Assembly (NCBI RefSeq): GCF_002087085.1
Contig: NZ_MWQY01000022.1
Coordinates: 1 to 57,831, forward strand
Direction: 5' to 3'
Length of the DNA: 57,831 nucleotides
How positions within the stretch are numbered: position 1 is the first letter of the stretch; each line of letters starts with the position of its first letter. A program made the position numbers and the translations under genes. The notes beneath the pieces were generated by a model that was not told the origin of the DNA, did not search any database, and saw nothing but the letters and a program-made list of their open reading frames with translations. Positions 10,104-22,900 of this stretch are shown in pieces.

Positions 10104-11284
10104 TATCTGCCTCCCGAGCCCGGAACAGTCACCGGTATTATGGAGGTCCCGGCACTCTCTGCTGCACCGCTGATCAACGAAAAGCCACCGCCTGTGGGAA
10201 CAACGACCTTTTCACCTTCCGCGAGTCCTTCGGTAATCACGACATTCGTTCCGTCGTCCGCTCCGGCGACCACCCTTTTGGTGACAACTTCGTCATTTTC
10301 CCAGACATCGAGATAAAACCGGCCCCGCACGCTGGAAACCGCAGTCCTGGGGACAATAATCCCGCTGTCGTCGCTTATCAGGATAGTCAGGTCGGCGCTC
10401 ATCCCCGGACGAAGTCCCCCGTCAGAGGCGGGAATAACCGTAGAAACGGTAAAAATCGAAATGTTGTTCACCACCTCCGCCGCAGGGCTCACCCGCTCCA
10501 CCACAGACTGCAGGGATTCACTTCCCAGGGCGTCCGCAGTAATGCGTACGGGCATTCCGATTTTTACCTTGCCGATATCGAACTCATCAACTTCAGCCCG
10601 CAGACGCAGGCGGGACACATCGGCAAAACTCATCAGCACCGAATTGCTGCTTGCCACATCGCCGGCGCTCACATTCGATGCAAGCACTACCCCGTTGTAG
10701 GGTGCGGTAACCGATGCATTGTTCAGCGCCTCCTGTGCCAGGTCTCTGCTTAATTCACCCTGGGACAGGCGGATCCGGGCCCCTTCAAGGCCCAGTGCGG
10801 CGTTCCGGGCTGCGGCACGCGCTGCATCACGCTGGTCCCGGGTTATGGAACCGGAGGCAAAGAGGCTCTCCTTTTCGGCCAGATCGTCTTCCGCCTCTTC
10901 CAGCTCAAGCTGTGCCTTTTCCAGATCCACCCGGGCCTGCTGCAGGTTCAGCTCCGCCTGACGGAGGGCGCTGCGTAAATCGGTATCATCAAAGCGTACC
11001 AGGACCTCTCCCTGCCCGACTTCGTCCCCTTCCAGACGGGCTTCAGTGACACTGCCGGAAATCTGGCTGCGTATATCCTGCAGCCGATAGGGTTCTACCC
11101 GGGAAGGACCTTCCACACTAACGGAAATCTTTCCGCTCTGTGCTTCGATGACGGCTATCTGTTCCTCCGCCGGACTGTCGCCCGCGGCTTCCACGGTGTC
11201 CCCTTTCCAGAAAAAACCGACGGCAGCACCGCCCAGGAGCAGAACCGCAAGGATTGCAATAAGCAGTTTGGTTTTGTTTTTCAT
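10103..11284 (-). CDS. Efflux periplasmic adaptor (MacA/HlyD-like)
   Basis: N-terminal TM segment, lipoyl halves (ISGSV...EGDEV; APYNGVV), coiled coil, VDEFDIGKV, LRPGMSA. Confidence 0.92.
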   Translation of the reverse strand: MKNKTKLLIAILAVLLLGGAAVGFFWKGDTVEAAGDSPAEEQIAVIEAQSGKISVSVEGPSRVEPYRLQDIRSQISGSVTEARLEGDEVGQGEVLVRFDDTDLRSALRQAELNLQQARVDLEKAQLELEEAEDDLAEKESLFASGSITRDQRDAARAAARNAALGLEGARIRLSQGELSRDLAQEALNNASVTAPYNGVVLASNVSAGDVASSNSVLMSFADVSRLRLRAEVDEFDIGKVKIGMPVRITADALGSESLQSVVERVSPAAEVVNNISIFTVSTVIPASDGGLRPGMSADLTILISDDSGIIVPRTAVSSVRGRFYLDVWENDEVVTKRVVAGADDGTNVVITEGLAEGEKVVVPTGGGFSLISGAAESAGTSIIPVTVPGSGGR

Positions 11285-11314
11285 ATAATTATATCTCCTT
11301 GATTTTATTTAGAA

Positions 11315-12694
11315 CTATTCCCACAGGACAAGTTCTTGGAGCCAGAAGGCTGCCTGTGAGGTTTTCAGTATCTGTATATTTCTGGCAGACACGGCCTGTT
11401 CCTGGCGAAACAAAGCCCGCTGGAAATAGGCCCTGGCGCTGAGTTCCTCCGCAGCTGTCGCCCGGCCGGAATCCCGACGGTCCAGGACTGTCTGCAGGGT
11501 CATCTCGGCAAAATCCAGGGCCCTTTGTGCCTGGGAAATCGCGTCCTCCGCCAGCAGATACTGCTGGTACAGACTTCGTATCTGAAGGGCCAGGGTATCC
11601 TCCATCAGGGCCAGCCGGGCTTCGATCTGTGCAATCCGGGACTGTCCCAGCTCCTGTTCCTTTTTTGTATCCACACCCGTATTGAAGGGTATATTCACCG
11701 AAAAACTCAGTTCCCAGGTTTTGTCCGCATTGGAGTTGGAACTGCTCAGGTCGGGTCCATAGGATTCGAGGGGAAAGGAGTAGCTCAGTCCCAGTTCAGG
11801 GTTATCCATGTTATAACTCAGTGAAGCATTCTGCTCCCAGCCGGAAAAGTCGGCCCTGAGCGTGGGGGGCGAAACCATACCCCTGCGGGCATCCAGTTCC
11901 CTCTCGAGGGCGTTAATCTGGTCCCGCTGGGAGCGTATAGAAGGTGAACGTTCCAATGCCCAGGCAGTCAGATCCGGAGGTTTGGGCAGTTCCGAAAAAT
12001 TCGAGGCCGGTGCTTCAAGGGACTCCTCCCTTGCCTGGTTAAGATCTGCAAAAAACGCCAGTTCCAGCCAGCTGAGACGCTGGGCAAGAGTTCCCGTAAG
12101 CAGATCGGCCTCGGCAAGCCTCAGCTCGTCTTCGGCATCATTCAAATCATTCAGAGAGGCGGACCCGCTGTTAAAAAGATTCTGTACAATCCTCAGCTCC
12201 TCACCCGCGGCTTCCAGCTCACTCTCCAGAACCTCAAGCTCCCGCTGGGCAAGCCAGGCTGCGGAATAGGCGGCAAAAAGATCGACATATGCGTTATAGC
12301 GGGCGGTCTCAAGCTCCAGTTCCGCCAGGAATACAGCTTCCCGGGCGGTCTCCGCCGCCGCCCTGCCCGAGGGGTTCAACCCCAGGGGAATGGAGGTATT
12401 CACCGCAGCAGTTATTTCCCGCTGCTCTGCAAAATCTCCATCCTTCAGGGAGGTTAAATCGAGCCCCGGAGACAGGCTCATTCGGGCATCCCCGGGAAAC
12501 AGGGAAAGACTTAACTGATCTACGGAGGTCTCCAGGACGAATCGCGCCTCCTTTACCCCGTGGCTTTCGTCAATGGACGACAGCAGATCCTCAAAAGAAA
12601 GTGCCGGCAGGGTGCCTGCCCCGGCGACAACAAACAGCATGAGGAATGTCAAAAGTTTTTTATTTCCATATATAGTCATAATAATATACTCCAT
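11315..12694 (-). CDS. TolC-like outer membrane efflux protein
   Basis: Signal peptide; two helical repeats ending in G.AS/G.AT turn motifs; beta segments; first gene of the adaptor/ABC operon. Start could be 12679. Confidence 0.8.
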   Translation of the reverse strand: MEYIIMTIYGNKKLLTFLMLFVVAGAGTLPALSFEDLLSSIDESHGVKEARFVLETSVDQLSLSLFPGDARMSLSPGLDLTSLKDGDFAEQREITAAVNTSIPLGLNPSGRAAAETAREAVFLAELELETARYNAYVDLFAAYSAAWLAQRELEVLESELEAAGEELRIVQNLFNSGSASLNDLNDAEDELRLAEADLLTGTLAQRLSWLELAFFADLNQAREESLEAPASNFSELPKPPDLTAWALERSPSIRSQRDQINALERELDARRGMVSPPTLRADFSGWEQNASLSYNMDNPELGLSYSFPLESYGPDLSSSNSNADKTWELSFSVNIPFNTGVDTKKEQELGQSRIAQIEARLALMEDTLALQIRSLYQQYLLAEDAISQAQRALDFAEMTLQTVLDRRDSGRATAAEELSARAYFQRALFRQEQAVSARNIQILKTSQAAFWLQELVLWE

Positions 12695-12774
12695 CTGATG
12701 ATAATATACCCATACCGGGATGAAGAGGCTATGTTCGTAATGTGAAGATTTCGTGGAGCTGGTTCCGGCTGTCG

Positions 12775-12783
12775 TGGTATAAT
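12775..12783 (+). promoter_or_regulatory. Extended -10 promoter (TGgTATAAT), probably giving a leaderless transcript
   Basis: TGGTATAAT ends 7 nt before ATG 12791; no correctly spaced SD sequence. Confidence 0.5.
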
Positions 12784-12790
12784 CAGGTAC

Positions 12791-13864
12791 ATGAAGCCTA
12801 AATACCTGATTCCTGCTGCTCTCCTTATTCTGGCTGCAATTACTTCGGGAACAGTCCTTCTATATCGGGCTTCTCGAGGAGAGGCTGAGCCGAAAGGGCG
12901 CATCCAGGCCTTTTTTCATCTCTATGCTTCTCCTTCCAGGGAGGCTCTTGATACCCTGCTCAAGGAGTTCAGGGTTTTTTATCCCGGGGTTGAACTTTCC
13001 TACACCATCGAACCCTACCAGGACCTGAGGCGTTCCCTGACGGAACGCTTATCCGGTCCACCCCTGGAGAAGGACGAGGTGCTTGTAAGTATCCTTGCAG
13101 GGAAGGATCTGGATGAGTATTCCGGACTCTACACAGAGGCTGTTCCCTGGATCAGTTCCGCCTGGCGGCTCTATTTTGATTCCCGGCGTCTTTCGGAACT
13201 CGGCTTCGGGCATGATGATCTTGCAGCCTTGAGCCGCCGGGGCATGGAAAGCTTTTCTGAAACTCTTCTGGAACATCCGGATAATGCCGAAGCCCTCTTC
13301 AACCTGGGATCTGCCTTCTACCTGCCATGGCTTGCCTGGATTCAGCATCTGCAGATAGCATATTCCGGCGGCGAAAGCCCGGAAGGCTACTCCCCTTCCG
13401 CCTGGAGCAGGGGCATACAAGCATGGCAGACCCTTGTCGATGCAGGCTGTTTTAATCCTGATTACCGGGAGACCAATTTTGCCTCTTCCCAACTGGCCGT
13501 ACAGCGCGGAAAAGGTCTTTTTGTCCTGTCCGACGGGAGCATCTACAGTACCTATCCTCCCCGGGAACGAATACACCTCGATTCCATCCCCTTCCCCGGT
13601 TCCGAGACCGCAAACTGGCAGGTGGGATCCAGTTTTTATATCGGTATCTTTACCCCGCAGAGGGATGAGGATGATGCGGCTTTCAAAATCGAGGATCTCC
13701 TTTTGGACTACCTCTTCTCAGAAGGGGTACGGCAACGCTTTCTGGCAGCCACCGGGGTCCCCCTCCTGCCCCGCTCAAACGAGAACTCCCTCAGAGAGAT
13801 TCCCTCCCTGACTCAAAAGGCGGACGACCCGGAGCTGCAGGAACTGCTCAAATACCTGGAGTAA
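12791..13864 (+). CDS. Extracellular solute-binding-protein-like protein
   Basis: N-terminal anchor; LLKEFRVFYPGVEL and IPFPG segments resemble family-1 SBPs; no adjacent permease. Confidence 0.6.
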   Translation: MKPKYLIPAALLILAAITSGTVLLYRASRGEAEPKGRIQAFFHLYASPSREALDTLLKEFRVFYPGVELSYTIEPYQDLRRSLTERLSGPPLEKDEVLVSILAGKDLDEYSGLYTEAVPWISSAWRLYFDSRRLSELGFGHDDLAALSRRGMESFSETLLEHPDNAEALFNLGSAFYLPWLAWIQHLQIAYSGGESPEGYSPSAWSRGIQAWQTLVDAGCFNPDYRETNFASSQLAVQRGKGLFVLSDGSIYSTYPPRERIHLDSIPFPGSETANWQVGSSFYIGIFTPQRDEDDAAFKIEDLLLDYLFSEGVRQRFLAATGVPLLPRSNENSLREIPSLTQKADDPELQELLKYLE

Positions 13865-13900
13865 CTCTATCTTCGAATCCTGCAGACCTGAACCCCGGTA

Positions 13901-16900
13901 CTAGGGCACCTCCGGCATCAGATAGTTCAACTCAAAACGGTCCGCCGACGCGTAGCCGAAGGCCGCCTGCCAGTCAGGGCTTCCTCCTCTGACATACTCA
14001 ATACTGACCCGTTTTTCCGTCACGATGGTGTTGTTTGCGATAACCACATACTCCCAGCCGCCTTTCACCGCGTCGTAGAAGGCGAGCTTTATCCCGTCCC
14101 GGGTATTCATTCTGGCGGAATTCAGGTAGGCGATATAGGGTTCATCCGTTCCGGGGGCACGGTTGAGGCTTATGTCCGAATAGATTCCCGCCGTCCCGGT
14201 ATCATCAACTATCTGGGAGTATCCGAAGGAATAGGCTCCGCCGTTTTCGGGGTTGTTGTCGGATTTGATATAGTACAGATACCCCGTATCATCGCTCCAG
14301 AAGGAGATATGCAGATATCCCTGGTCGTCCACAACAGCGGAAATGTGTTTGCCGTTAAAGTCCTTGTTGGGATCATCCGGCAGAAATACCTCCTGACGAG
14401 TCCACTGGTTCTCATCGTCCTGAGGGGCCGTGCTTCCCGTCCGGGCCAGCCGCAGGGTCTTTCCGATGTTGTCGTAGTAAACGATCACCGGATAATAGTC
14501 CTCATCCAGGGCCAGGGAGAGGAATTCACCCGCGTCTGTCGTGCGGGCGATTCCGCCTGTCACCATGCGGTTATTCTCCCCGCCGTCGGTATCGGTGTCG
14601 GTCCCGTCGATATTTACCCAGTCCTGGAGTTCCGCTTCGTCGTTGTTTGCAGTAGATACGTACTGATACTTCAGGGTGTTGGAAATTCTATCGTGGTATG
14701 CCCAATGCACATTGGCGCCGTACCGTGCCGTCCGCACCTGGGAGAACTGGAAGAGCTCGCTGTCGTAACTCAGACCCTCACCCTGATAGTACCAGTTGTC
14801 AAAGAAGCTGCGGGTCCACTGTTCCGTATTTGCCGGAAGATTTGCGGCCCCGTCATTATCAACGTCGCCGTCTATGAAGTTGGCGTTCCGTTCGTAGGGG
14901 AAGGAACTGATATGCCCGTCGCTGTAGTTTCCATCCGATGAATTATTTGCCAGCCAGGCCAGGGCAAGACGGCCGGTGCTTGTTGGTGATGTCGCATCCA
15001 TGGCGATGTCGATGTGTTCCGCCGTGTCATAGGTGTGATAAACGCGGCTGCGGAAGGCGGCTGCATCGGTATTGCCGGAGGCAAAGAATACGTCAGAGGT
15101 CGCGTAGCTGGACCAGGCACCGAAGAGCCTGGAAGTACCCGGATGAATCGTCATGGCCGGATGCTGGGGGCTGTAGGAACTTTCCGGATCGGGTCCGAAG
15201 TATTCTCCAACCTTGAACAGGAAGAAGTAGCGGTCGTCGTTCCAGTCGGCTTCATTGCCGTCGGTACCGTAGGTGCTGTTGTAGCTGCGCTGATTGCTGT
15301 TGACATTGTTGACGGCATCGACACCATCCACCCGTATACCCAGCCAGCCGCTTCTGCTGGTTCCGCCGATGGATAATTCGAAGCTGGTAAAATCGGGGGC
15401 AATATTACTCACCGTCAATGCATCAGGGGTACCGCTCCCGGCGGGATCCCGGTACAGACCCGCAGTAGTGGGATTCAGGTTGAAGCCCACTACCTGTATA
15501 TCAGTTTCATTGTGATACACCGAATACCGGCCGAATCTTGATCGGTTGGTCTTGAGTCCGGGGGTGAGCCGGTTGATCTCGCTTATGTAGGGGACTACAT
15601 CCACGTTCATATCCGAACTTGATCCCGCGGGAGTCAGTACGCCGGTGTTCGGCCCGTCGGTGGCGCGTACCATAACGGTCTGATCCAGAGCCGCGGTGGT
15701 CCAGGATACCGATTCGGAGGGATCCGCGGTGTTGATTGTATAACTCCAGGTGTAATCGTAACCGGCGATATCATCGCCCCCGATCCGGGTAAGGGAATCG
15801 ACGGAATACCAGGTAATTCCGGAGTCGAAGCTGATTTCCACGTCATTGACGACAGTGTCGTCGTAGGCGGTTCCGGTAAAGCTTACCACGCCGGAGATGT
15901 CCGCCTGACCGGCCTGAATAGTTACGTCCCCTGCGGGAGTCCCATCAAGGGCTGATTTCAGCAGTACCTCGCCGCTGCCCGAATCGAAGTCCGCGATACC
16001 TCGCCACTCTCCGTTTTCGAAGGCTGCGGTCCATCCGGGCTGTACCGTTCCGTTGCCCATAAGGTCCGTCGATACAAAGAATTCCCTGTCCCCGGAAACA
16101 GAGGCGATGGCCGCGATAATACTGCCGCCGTCATTCAGGCTGAATCCCGCCTCATCAATATGTCCGTTCAATGGGGTAACATTACTTTGATCAAGATCAT
16201 CGATCTCCACAACAGGAGGTGTAATATCGCTGTTGTTGACCCATAATTCAATATCTCTCTGAACCAGGTTATCGTCGGTATCCAGCACCTCGATTCTCAG
16301 GGTGTACTGGACACCGGATTCCCAGCCGGAGATATCCAGGTTTATATCGTTCTCGTTCGTACCGTCCCCGGTATCGGAGATATCGATAGTAGTACCCACC
16401 GCCGGTACACCCGTACTGTCTTCAAGGCCGTTGGGAGCCGTCCGGCGCCCTCTTACGCTGGCGGTATAGGAAGCAGGGTTTATTCCTTCGTAATCACTGG
16501 CATTTACCTTGAGATATACGGAATCAGTGCGCTTGAAGAGCCCTGAATACAGGGTACCCGATTCATCTATTTCGATGCTTTCAATTTCCGGCGGATTATT
16601 CACGATCTGGATTGAAACCCTTTGATGTACATAATTGCCCGCCGTATCATAGACCAGGGTGTACATGTCCATGGGACCGTCTGGAAATATGCTCGTATCA
16701 AAATAGACAAACCATTCATCGTAGGTTCCCTTGGAAAGCAGGCTTTCCTGGAATCCGTCGTCATCGCCGTCCGCCGGATCGTCGTCGTACAAGCCTCTTT
16801 CCGATCGTTTGTCGACGTCGATCAGAAGGGACGGATCCTCGGTAAAGGGTATCATCTGTTCAATACCGCTCATGTCGGGTACGTCGGCGGTGCTGACTGC

Positions 16901-19900
16901 GCTGGTGCTTCCTGTCGTGGGATTATAGAAGTTTCCGTTCTTTACAAAGTAGACCCGTACAGATTCAATTCCGCTGATCGTTCCTGTGTCTTCCGCGCTT
17001 CCGATCAGGAGGTAATCTCCTCCCGATGTACTGTTCCCGTGAAAGCTGTAGATTTCTGCGGGGGGTGTTCCAATGTAGGAGAGGTCGTCCTTGTAATTGA
17101 AGCTGCCCGTTGGCAGAGTGTTGTCCACATTGAGCTGGATGGACAGGGTGTTCTGCTTGAAGGTCTGGTCCGTAACCCGCAATACCGCCTGGAGTATACC
17201 GTTTCCTCCCGGAACGATGCCTCCTGCGGCAGTGGTATCCAGTTCAAGTTCCAGGTCATATTCGTAGTATCCGTCCACAAGCCCGTTATCGGTAACCGAA
17301 CCCCCGGCATCGCTGATGCTCTGGAAACTGACGCCACCATCATAGCTGATCTGCATGCGCGAAGCTGTCAGGGGCATGTCATCCTTGAAACGTGCCGAGA
17401 GCTCGACCATCGGTCCGGATACTATGGAACCGTTAAGGGGCCTCGGCAGGGCTTCTCCCTGCCCTTCGATAAGGGGAGCCGTCGAGTCGATATAGATTCT
17501 GACCTCCCTGGCCTCCCCGGCCAGGTTGGGGCTTCCGGAGCGGGTGTTGTCAACATCGTAGGGTATTACCCTGAGGCGTATCCACCCGTCCGCAGCGGCA
17601 TACCCTGCGGCAATCAGGCTGGCCTTGCTGAGTTCGTTGGACTGGTTCATCAGGATGTTCCAGGAACCGTTGGTCACGCTCAAGTCGATGGGGACCGATT
17701 CATCCTCGAAATCCGAATCCCCGCTACTTCCGCTTCCGTCCAGGTCTAAACTGGAGGTATAGAATCCGTCATCATCCAGATCAACCTGGATTGTGACCTT
17801 CTGTATGTCGTCGTCATCGCTGACCGTACCCTGTACAATGAAGGCTCCGGCTACGCTCGAAGAGGCGGCGGGGGCGGTCAGGTAGAGCTGAGGCTTATCG
17901 CTGTCGGGATCGATATCAACCTGGAATACCTCGGACCCCAGGTTGCCTGCTGCGTCGCTTGCACTGACATCCACAGGGAAACGCCAGATATTGCTGCTTC
18001 CCGGTACCGTTTCAGTGGCGTACAAGGGGCCGGCGTACAGATCGCTGTCGAGCTCCAGTACCCAGTTGAGACTGGTGCCGCTGTTGCTCAGGAGAACATC
18101 ATCGGATATGCCGCCCACGGCGGAAAAACCGGTAACAGCACTCGCTTCCGTAACCGAACCCCGCAGGGTTACGGTCCCGTTTACATTGGGCGGATCAGCA
18201 AGATCCATACCCGCAGGCTGGGTGGGAATAATGTCGGGTTCGGTGGTGTCAATATTTACCGGGAGACTGATCGTCGTTGATTTGCTGAACTGGTCGACTG
18301 CGCTTATGTATAGGGTGAGAGAACCGTCCATGGATCCGTCCCGCGGAATCGCCACTGTGTGGGACCAGTCCGGGGCATTCAGTGTATCCACGGAGACAAA
18401 ATCGATTCCGTTGGTACTGATTTCAACATCCGTCAGGACAGTGCCGTCCACAGCCGTACCCGACATCAGAAAGCTGTTGTTGATCAGAGTCCCCGCCGTC
18501 GCAGTCTTATTCACAGTGCCCGCTGCATAGGCGTTGTCGATTTCAAAATCGATCACGCTGAGGGCCGGTGCGCCGGTATCGATGGTAAAGGCCACCGACG
18601 GAGTTTCCACCTCGTTAAAGGGGGTCGAAAGGTCCACATACTCGGTGTCCCGCAGGCGGAACTTTATATAGTGAATGCCCTCCCCCAGGTCTGCGACATA
18701 ATTCTGCCAGTTGAGGTTAATTCCGCTCACCGACACAGGGGTCGATCCGTCGGTGGTAACAGGGGTCCAGGGGACGTAGTTTATATCGTCTTCCGATACA
18801 GCGAACTGCAGGCTCGCAAGGCCGTCGTCATCGTCCGCGGAGCCCAGAACCTTCGCGTTGGATTCGAGCAGGTTATCAACCGCCGCGGCTCCCGCCGTTA
18901 TGTTGGAGAAGGAGATATTCGGTCGGTCGGAACCCTGGTTAATGACAAAACTAAGGTCCTCCCGGGCGGAAATATTCCCGGCCCCGTCCACGGCAATGGC
19001 TGTGACGTAATAGGTCAGGTCGGAATCGGTGTTGTTGATATCCCTGGTATTCAGGAGATAGGACCAGCTGTACGAGGAGCCGAGGGCTTCATAATCGACG
19101 TCACTCTCCGGATCATTTCCTGCAGGATCTGACGGCTGGGTAGTACCGTGGGCCAGATAAACCCTGGACACCATGACAGTATCCGATGCTCCTCCGCGGA
19201 TATTGAGCTCACCGTGGTATGTCCCCGGTTCTGTAAGAAACTCAACCACCGGCGGATCCTCATCCACCAGCAAAGTATAGGAATAGGCTGTTGTCCGGCC
19301 GTGAACATCCTCCACTTCGAGGTTTACCACAAGGGAATCAGCTCCGATGTTCAGGCCAGTCCGGTTCCATGACCAGGTACTGAAATCGGTTCCGGTATCC
19401 GTAACCGCCGCAAAGGAGGCTTCGCCTCCCAGTTTTGCCCGGACTTCAGCTACCCGGACACCGTCCGAGGCAGTACCGGTCAGGGTGAAGCGGTCATTCA
19501 CATAGATTCCCTGAAGAGTCACAGAGCTGGATACTCCGTTACTGATCTGGCTTATCGAAGCTGCCGGTTCGCTGTTGTCAACATTCAGACTTATACCGGT
19601 CGATAAAGCCGATACCGGATCGACATCCTGGGAGTCATCAAGGAAATCCTCACCCGTATCGTAAGCCCGTACCTGAACAGGATAGGACGCAATTCTTTCG
19701 CTAACGCCGGGGCCGGGATCACTCAGGGAATGACTGAATACGACGCTGGTTGAGTTTGAAGCAGAGTGGCTGCTTACAGGGTACCAGGATGAGCCGTTGT
19801 CGAAGGAGATCTCGATACTGTCCACGTCCACTCCGTCGTCGTCCCGTATTGTACCGCTGATGGAATCCGAATAGCGCAGCAGGGATCCGTCAGGGGTATC

Positions 19901-22900
19901 GAGGCTCAGCTCCGGGGCGTTTCCGGCCTGTACGGGGGTAAAACTGAGGACATAGTCCCCGGGAGCGGTCCTGTTACCCGCCCGGTCTTCAACAATAAGA
20001 TAGGCTGCATGGGGGACAGAATCCGTGAGGAGCGTGGAGTTGAAGCGCTTGTTAATGCTCGTTGTCCCCGCCAGCAGCTCCCAGCCTTCGACGGTCGGAT
20101 CAGGTCCCGGGGCATCGGGCAGAGAGGTGTCGATGCGCAGATATACAGCGGTAACCAGGGTCTCCTGATCCTGAGGCGCACCCTGAATAAGGGCGGAACC
20201 GTTGATAATACCGCCGCCGGTCTGATCGTTGTTTACCAGTACCAGGGATTCGATGAGAGGTTTTACCGTATCGATGCTTATGTAACGGTCCGTGGTAGTG
20301 ATTTTACCGTAGACATCGGTTACGGTAATACTGTAATTCAGAATTCCGTCATCACTGTGAGCATCAGTATCCACGTCGTACAGATCGCTCCAGTTTACGC
20401 TGGTTTCATAAGGATCTGCGCTGTCCTCGTAGAGGGTCTCAGGGGCGGCAGTTCCGTACTGTATCTGAACGCGCTGTACACCGCTCGCATCGGAGGCGAT
20501 CCCTTCCAGGACAAAATCATCGTTGGTATACCCGCCGTTAAGGGGCGCTGTCACGGTAACGCCGGGATTCGCGGTATCCACGGCAATCTTAACCATGGGA
20601 GACTCGGACCAGCCGTAGCCCCCGGCGGAGAAGGCACCGGCATCAAGAGTATCAGCTACCCGCAGGATCACCTGATATTTCCCGTCCGAAAGACCTGCTC
20701 CAAAGGTGTGCAGCCAGGTGGCCAGCGTCGTGTCCGAGGAGGGCGCACCGGAAATCGGCATCCAGTCCGGGCTTATAGCACTGACCAGATCTGTTCCGTT
20801 TTCCTCGTACAGGCGGTACTGTATGGTCGAAACATCCACTTTGTCGTCATCTATAATCGTTCCCGCCACCTGTTTTGCCCCGGGGAGCAGATTTTCACTG
20901 AAACTGCCGCTCTGGTTTATGGATGAGAAGCTGATTACCGGACGATCCGATTCCTGATCCACAGTAAAAACAACACTGCTGACTTCACTGAAATTGCCCG
21001 CCATGTCCTCGGAAACGACCCGCAGGGTATAATCACCGTCGCTAACCGGGCTTGTATCGAAAGTCCCGTTCCAGGAATAGGTACCGCCCAGGGGAGTGTA
21101 ATCCTCAGGGAAGTCCGGCTCGGGCAGACTGCTCTCCTGAATATTATAGTATGCGGCGGCCAGGGAAATATTGTCCCCCCCCGTGCCGCTGAATACGAGG
21201 GAACCGTTGACGATATCGCTTCCCTGGGGCTGATTTATAGCTGCTGTGGGAAGACTCGCATCAACGGTGAACTGGACGTTCTGCAGGGCTTCTGAACCAT
21301 AGGCATCGAGGGCGCGAACGCGGCAGGTGTATACGCCGTCATCAGTCCCGTCGGCGCTGACTGGCAGGTTAAATTGCCAGTTGATCGAAGTTCCCGGGGT
21401 CACTTCCAGATCGTCCCAGCTGCTCCCGTTATCCAGACTGATTTCCACGGAAGCAACCCCATTGGCATCCACAGCCGTACCGGAAATGATGACATCGCTG
21501 TTGTTGTAGCTGTAACCGGCAGGTGTCAGGATGTTCAAGGAGGGCGGTCCGATGTTGAGAATAAAGGGGATTCCCGACTGGTCGACGGAATCCTCAATGT
21601 TCCAGTTGAAGTTCGTTGAATATTCGGGGGCAATACTGGATGCACCTGATGTTCCGTCGGACTGGCTGTCCCGGACCCTGAGTTTTACCCGGTGCAGACC
21701 TTCTGAGAGGGCAGAGATATCGTGTTTCCAGGCAACCAGCCTGCCCGATGAAGAAGGCGGACCGGATACGGGCTCCCAGGGGGCACCGTCCAGGCTTATT
21801 TCGATGGCGGAACCGAAAAAAAGGCCCGGATCGATGGAATCGTCATCCTCGATAGTCCCTACCAGGCTTACCGCTCCGGTCAGGACATTGTTTGTCGCGG
21901 TGGTTTCGTCTTTATCCAGATCGTTGAAACCTATTTCGGGCCGATCGCTGCCCTGGTCAATATGGACGGATCTGGCGTACTCGCCAGAAATATTACCTGC
22001 GCCGTCAACTGCCCGTACCGAGATGATATATTCCAGGGGGACATCACTGCTGTTCAGCTCGAGACTGCTGAAATCAAAGCTCCAGGTATAGGTTCCGTCG
22101 GCGATAAAATCCCAGTCCAGAATATCCGTGTCGGGGGAGGATCCGACGGGATTAATGTCCGCGTATACTCCTGCCACACTGCGGTTATCGTTGGTGGTAC
22201 CCCGGACATTCACTGCAGCACCGTTGACGACTGTGGAGTCCGCAGGCTGTTCGATCACCAGGATCGGAGGACTGGCATCGACTATAACACCCCGATCCAG
22301 CGTGGTGGTACCGTCGCTGGCATCCACGGCTATTACCTGATAGGTATACTCGCCGTCGTCATCCCCGCCTGCATCAACGGAAAAGGAGTAGCTCCCGTCA
22401 TAACTCAGTTGATCGTAGGGCTCGGCTGCGTCCTCCAGCAGGACATACTCCTCGCTCCCGTTGAAGATTATCTTTACCAGCTTGAGTCCGTTGGCGTCAG
22501 CGGCGGAAATATCGATGCTAAAGTCGGTATTGAAAACCGCGTTGTTGGTCGGGGCGCTTATGCTCAGATCCGGAGGACCATAATCGACAATAAATCCCGT
22601 CAGGGGCAGAATACTGAGGTTGCCGCCGATGTCACGGACCCGTATCTGCATGCTGTGCTCGCCCTGGCTTATACCGCTTAGTACATGACTCCAGCTCGCA
22701 ATGTTTCTGTCTCCTGAGGGCACCTTGCTTACAGGCGTCCAGGCTCCCCCGTCAACCTGTATCTCTATGGTCGAGACATCAACACTATCGTCGTCTTCGA
22801 CGAGACCTACAATGCTGGGATCCCGGCCCAGGGGATTTTCATCCGCCGCGCCGCCGACAGTCAGATTGGAGAGGCTGATAATCGGCAGATCCGAGGATTG

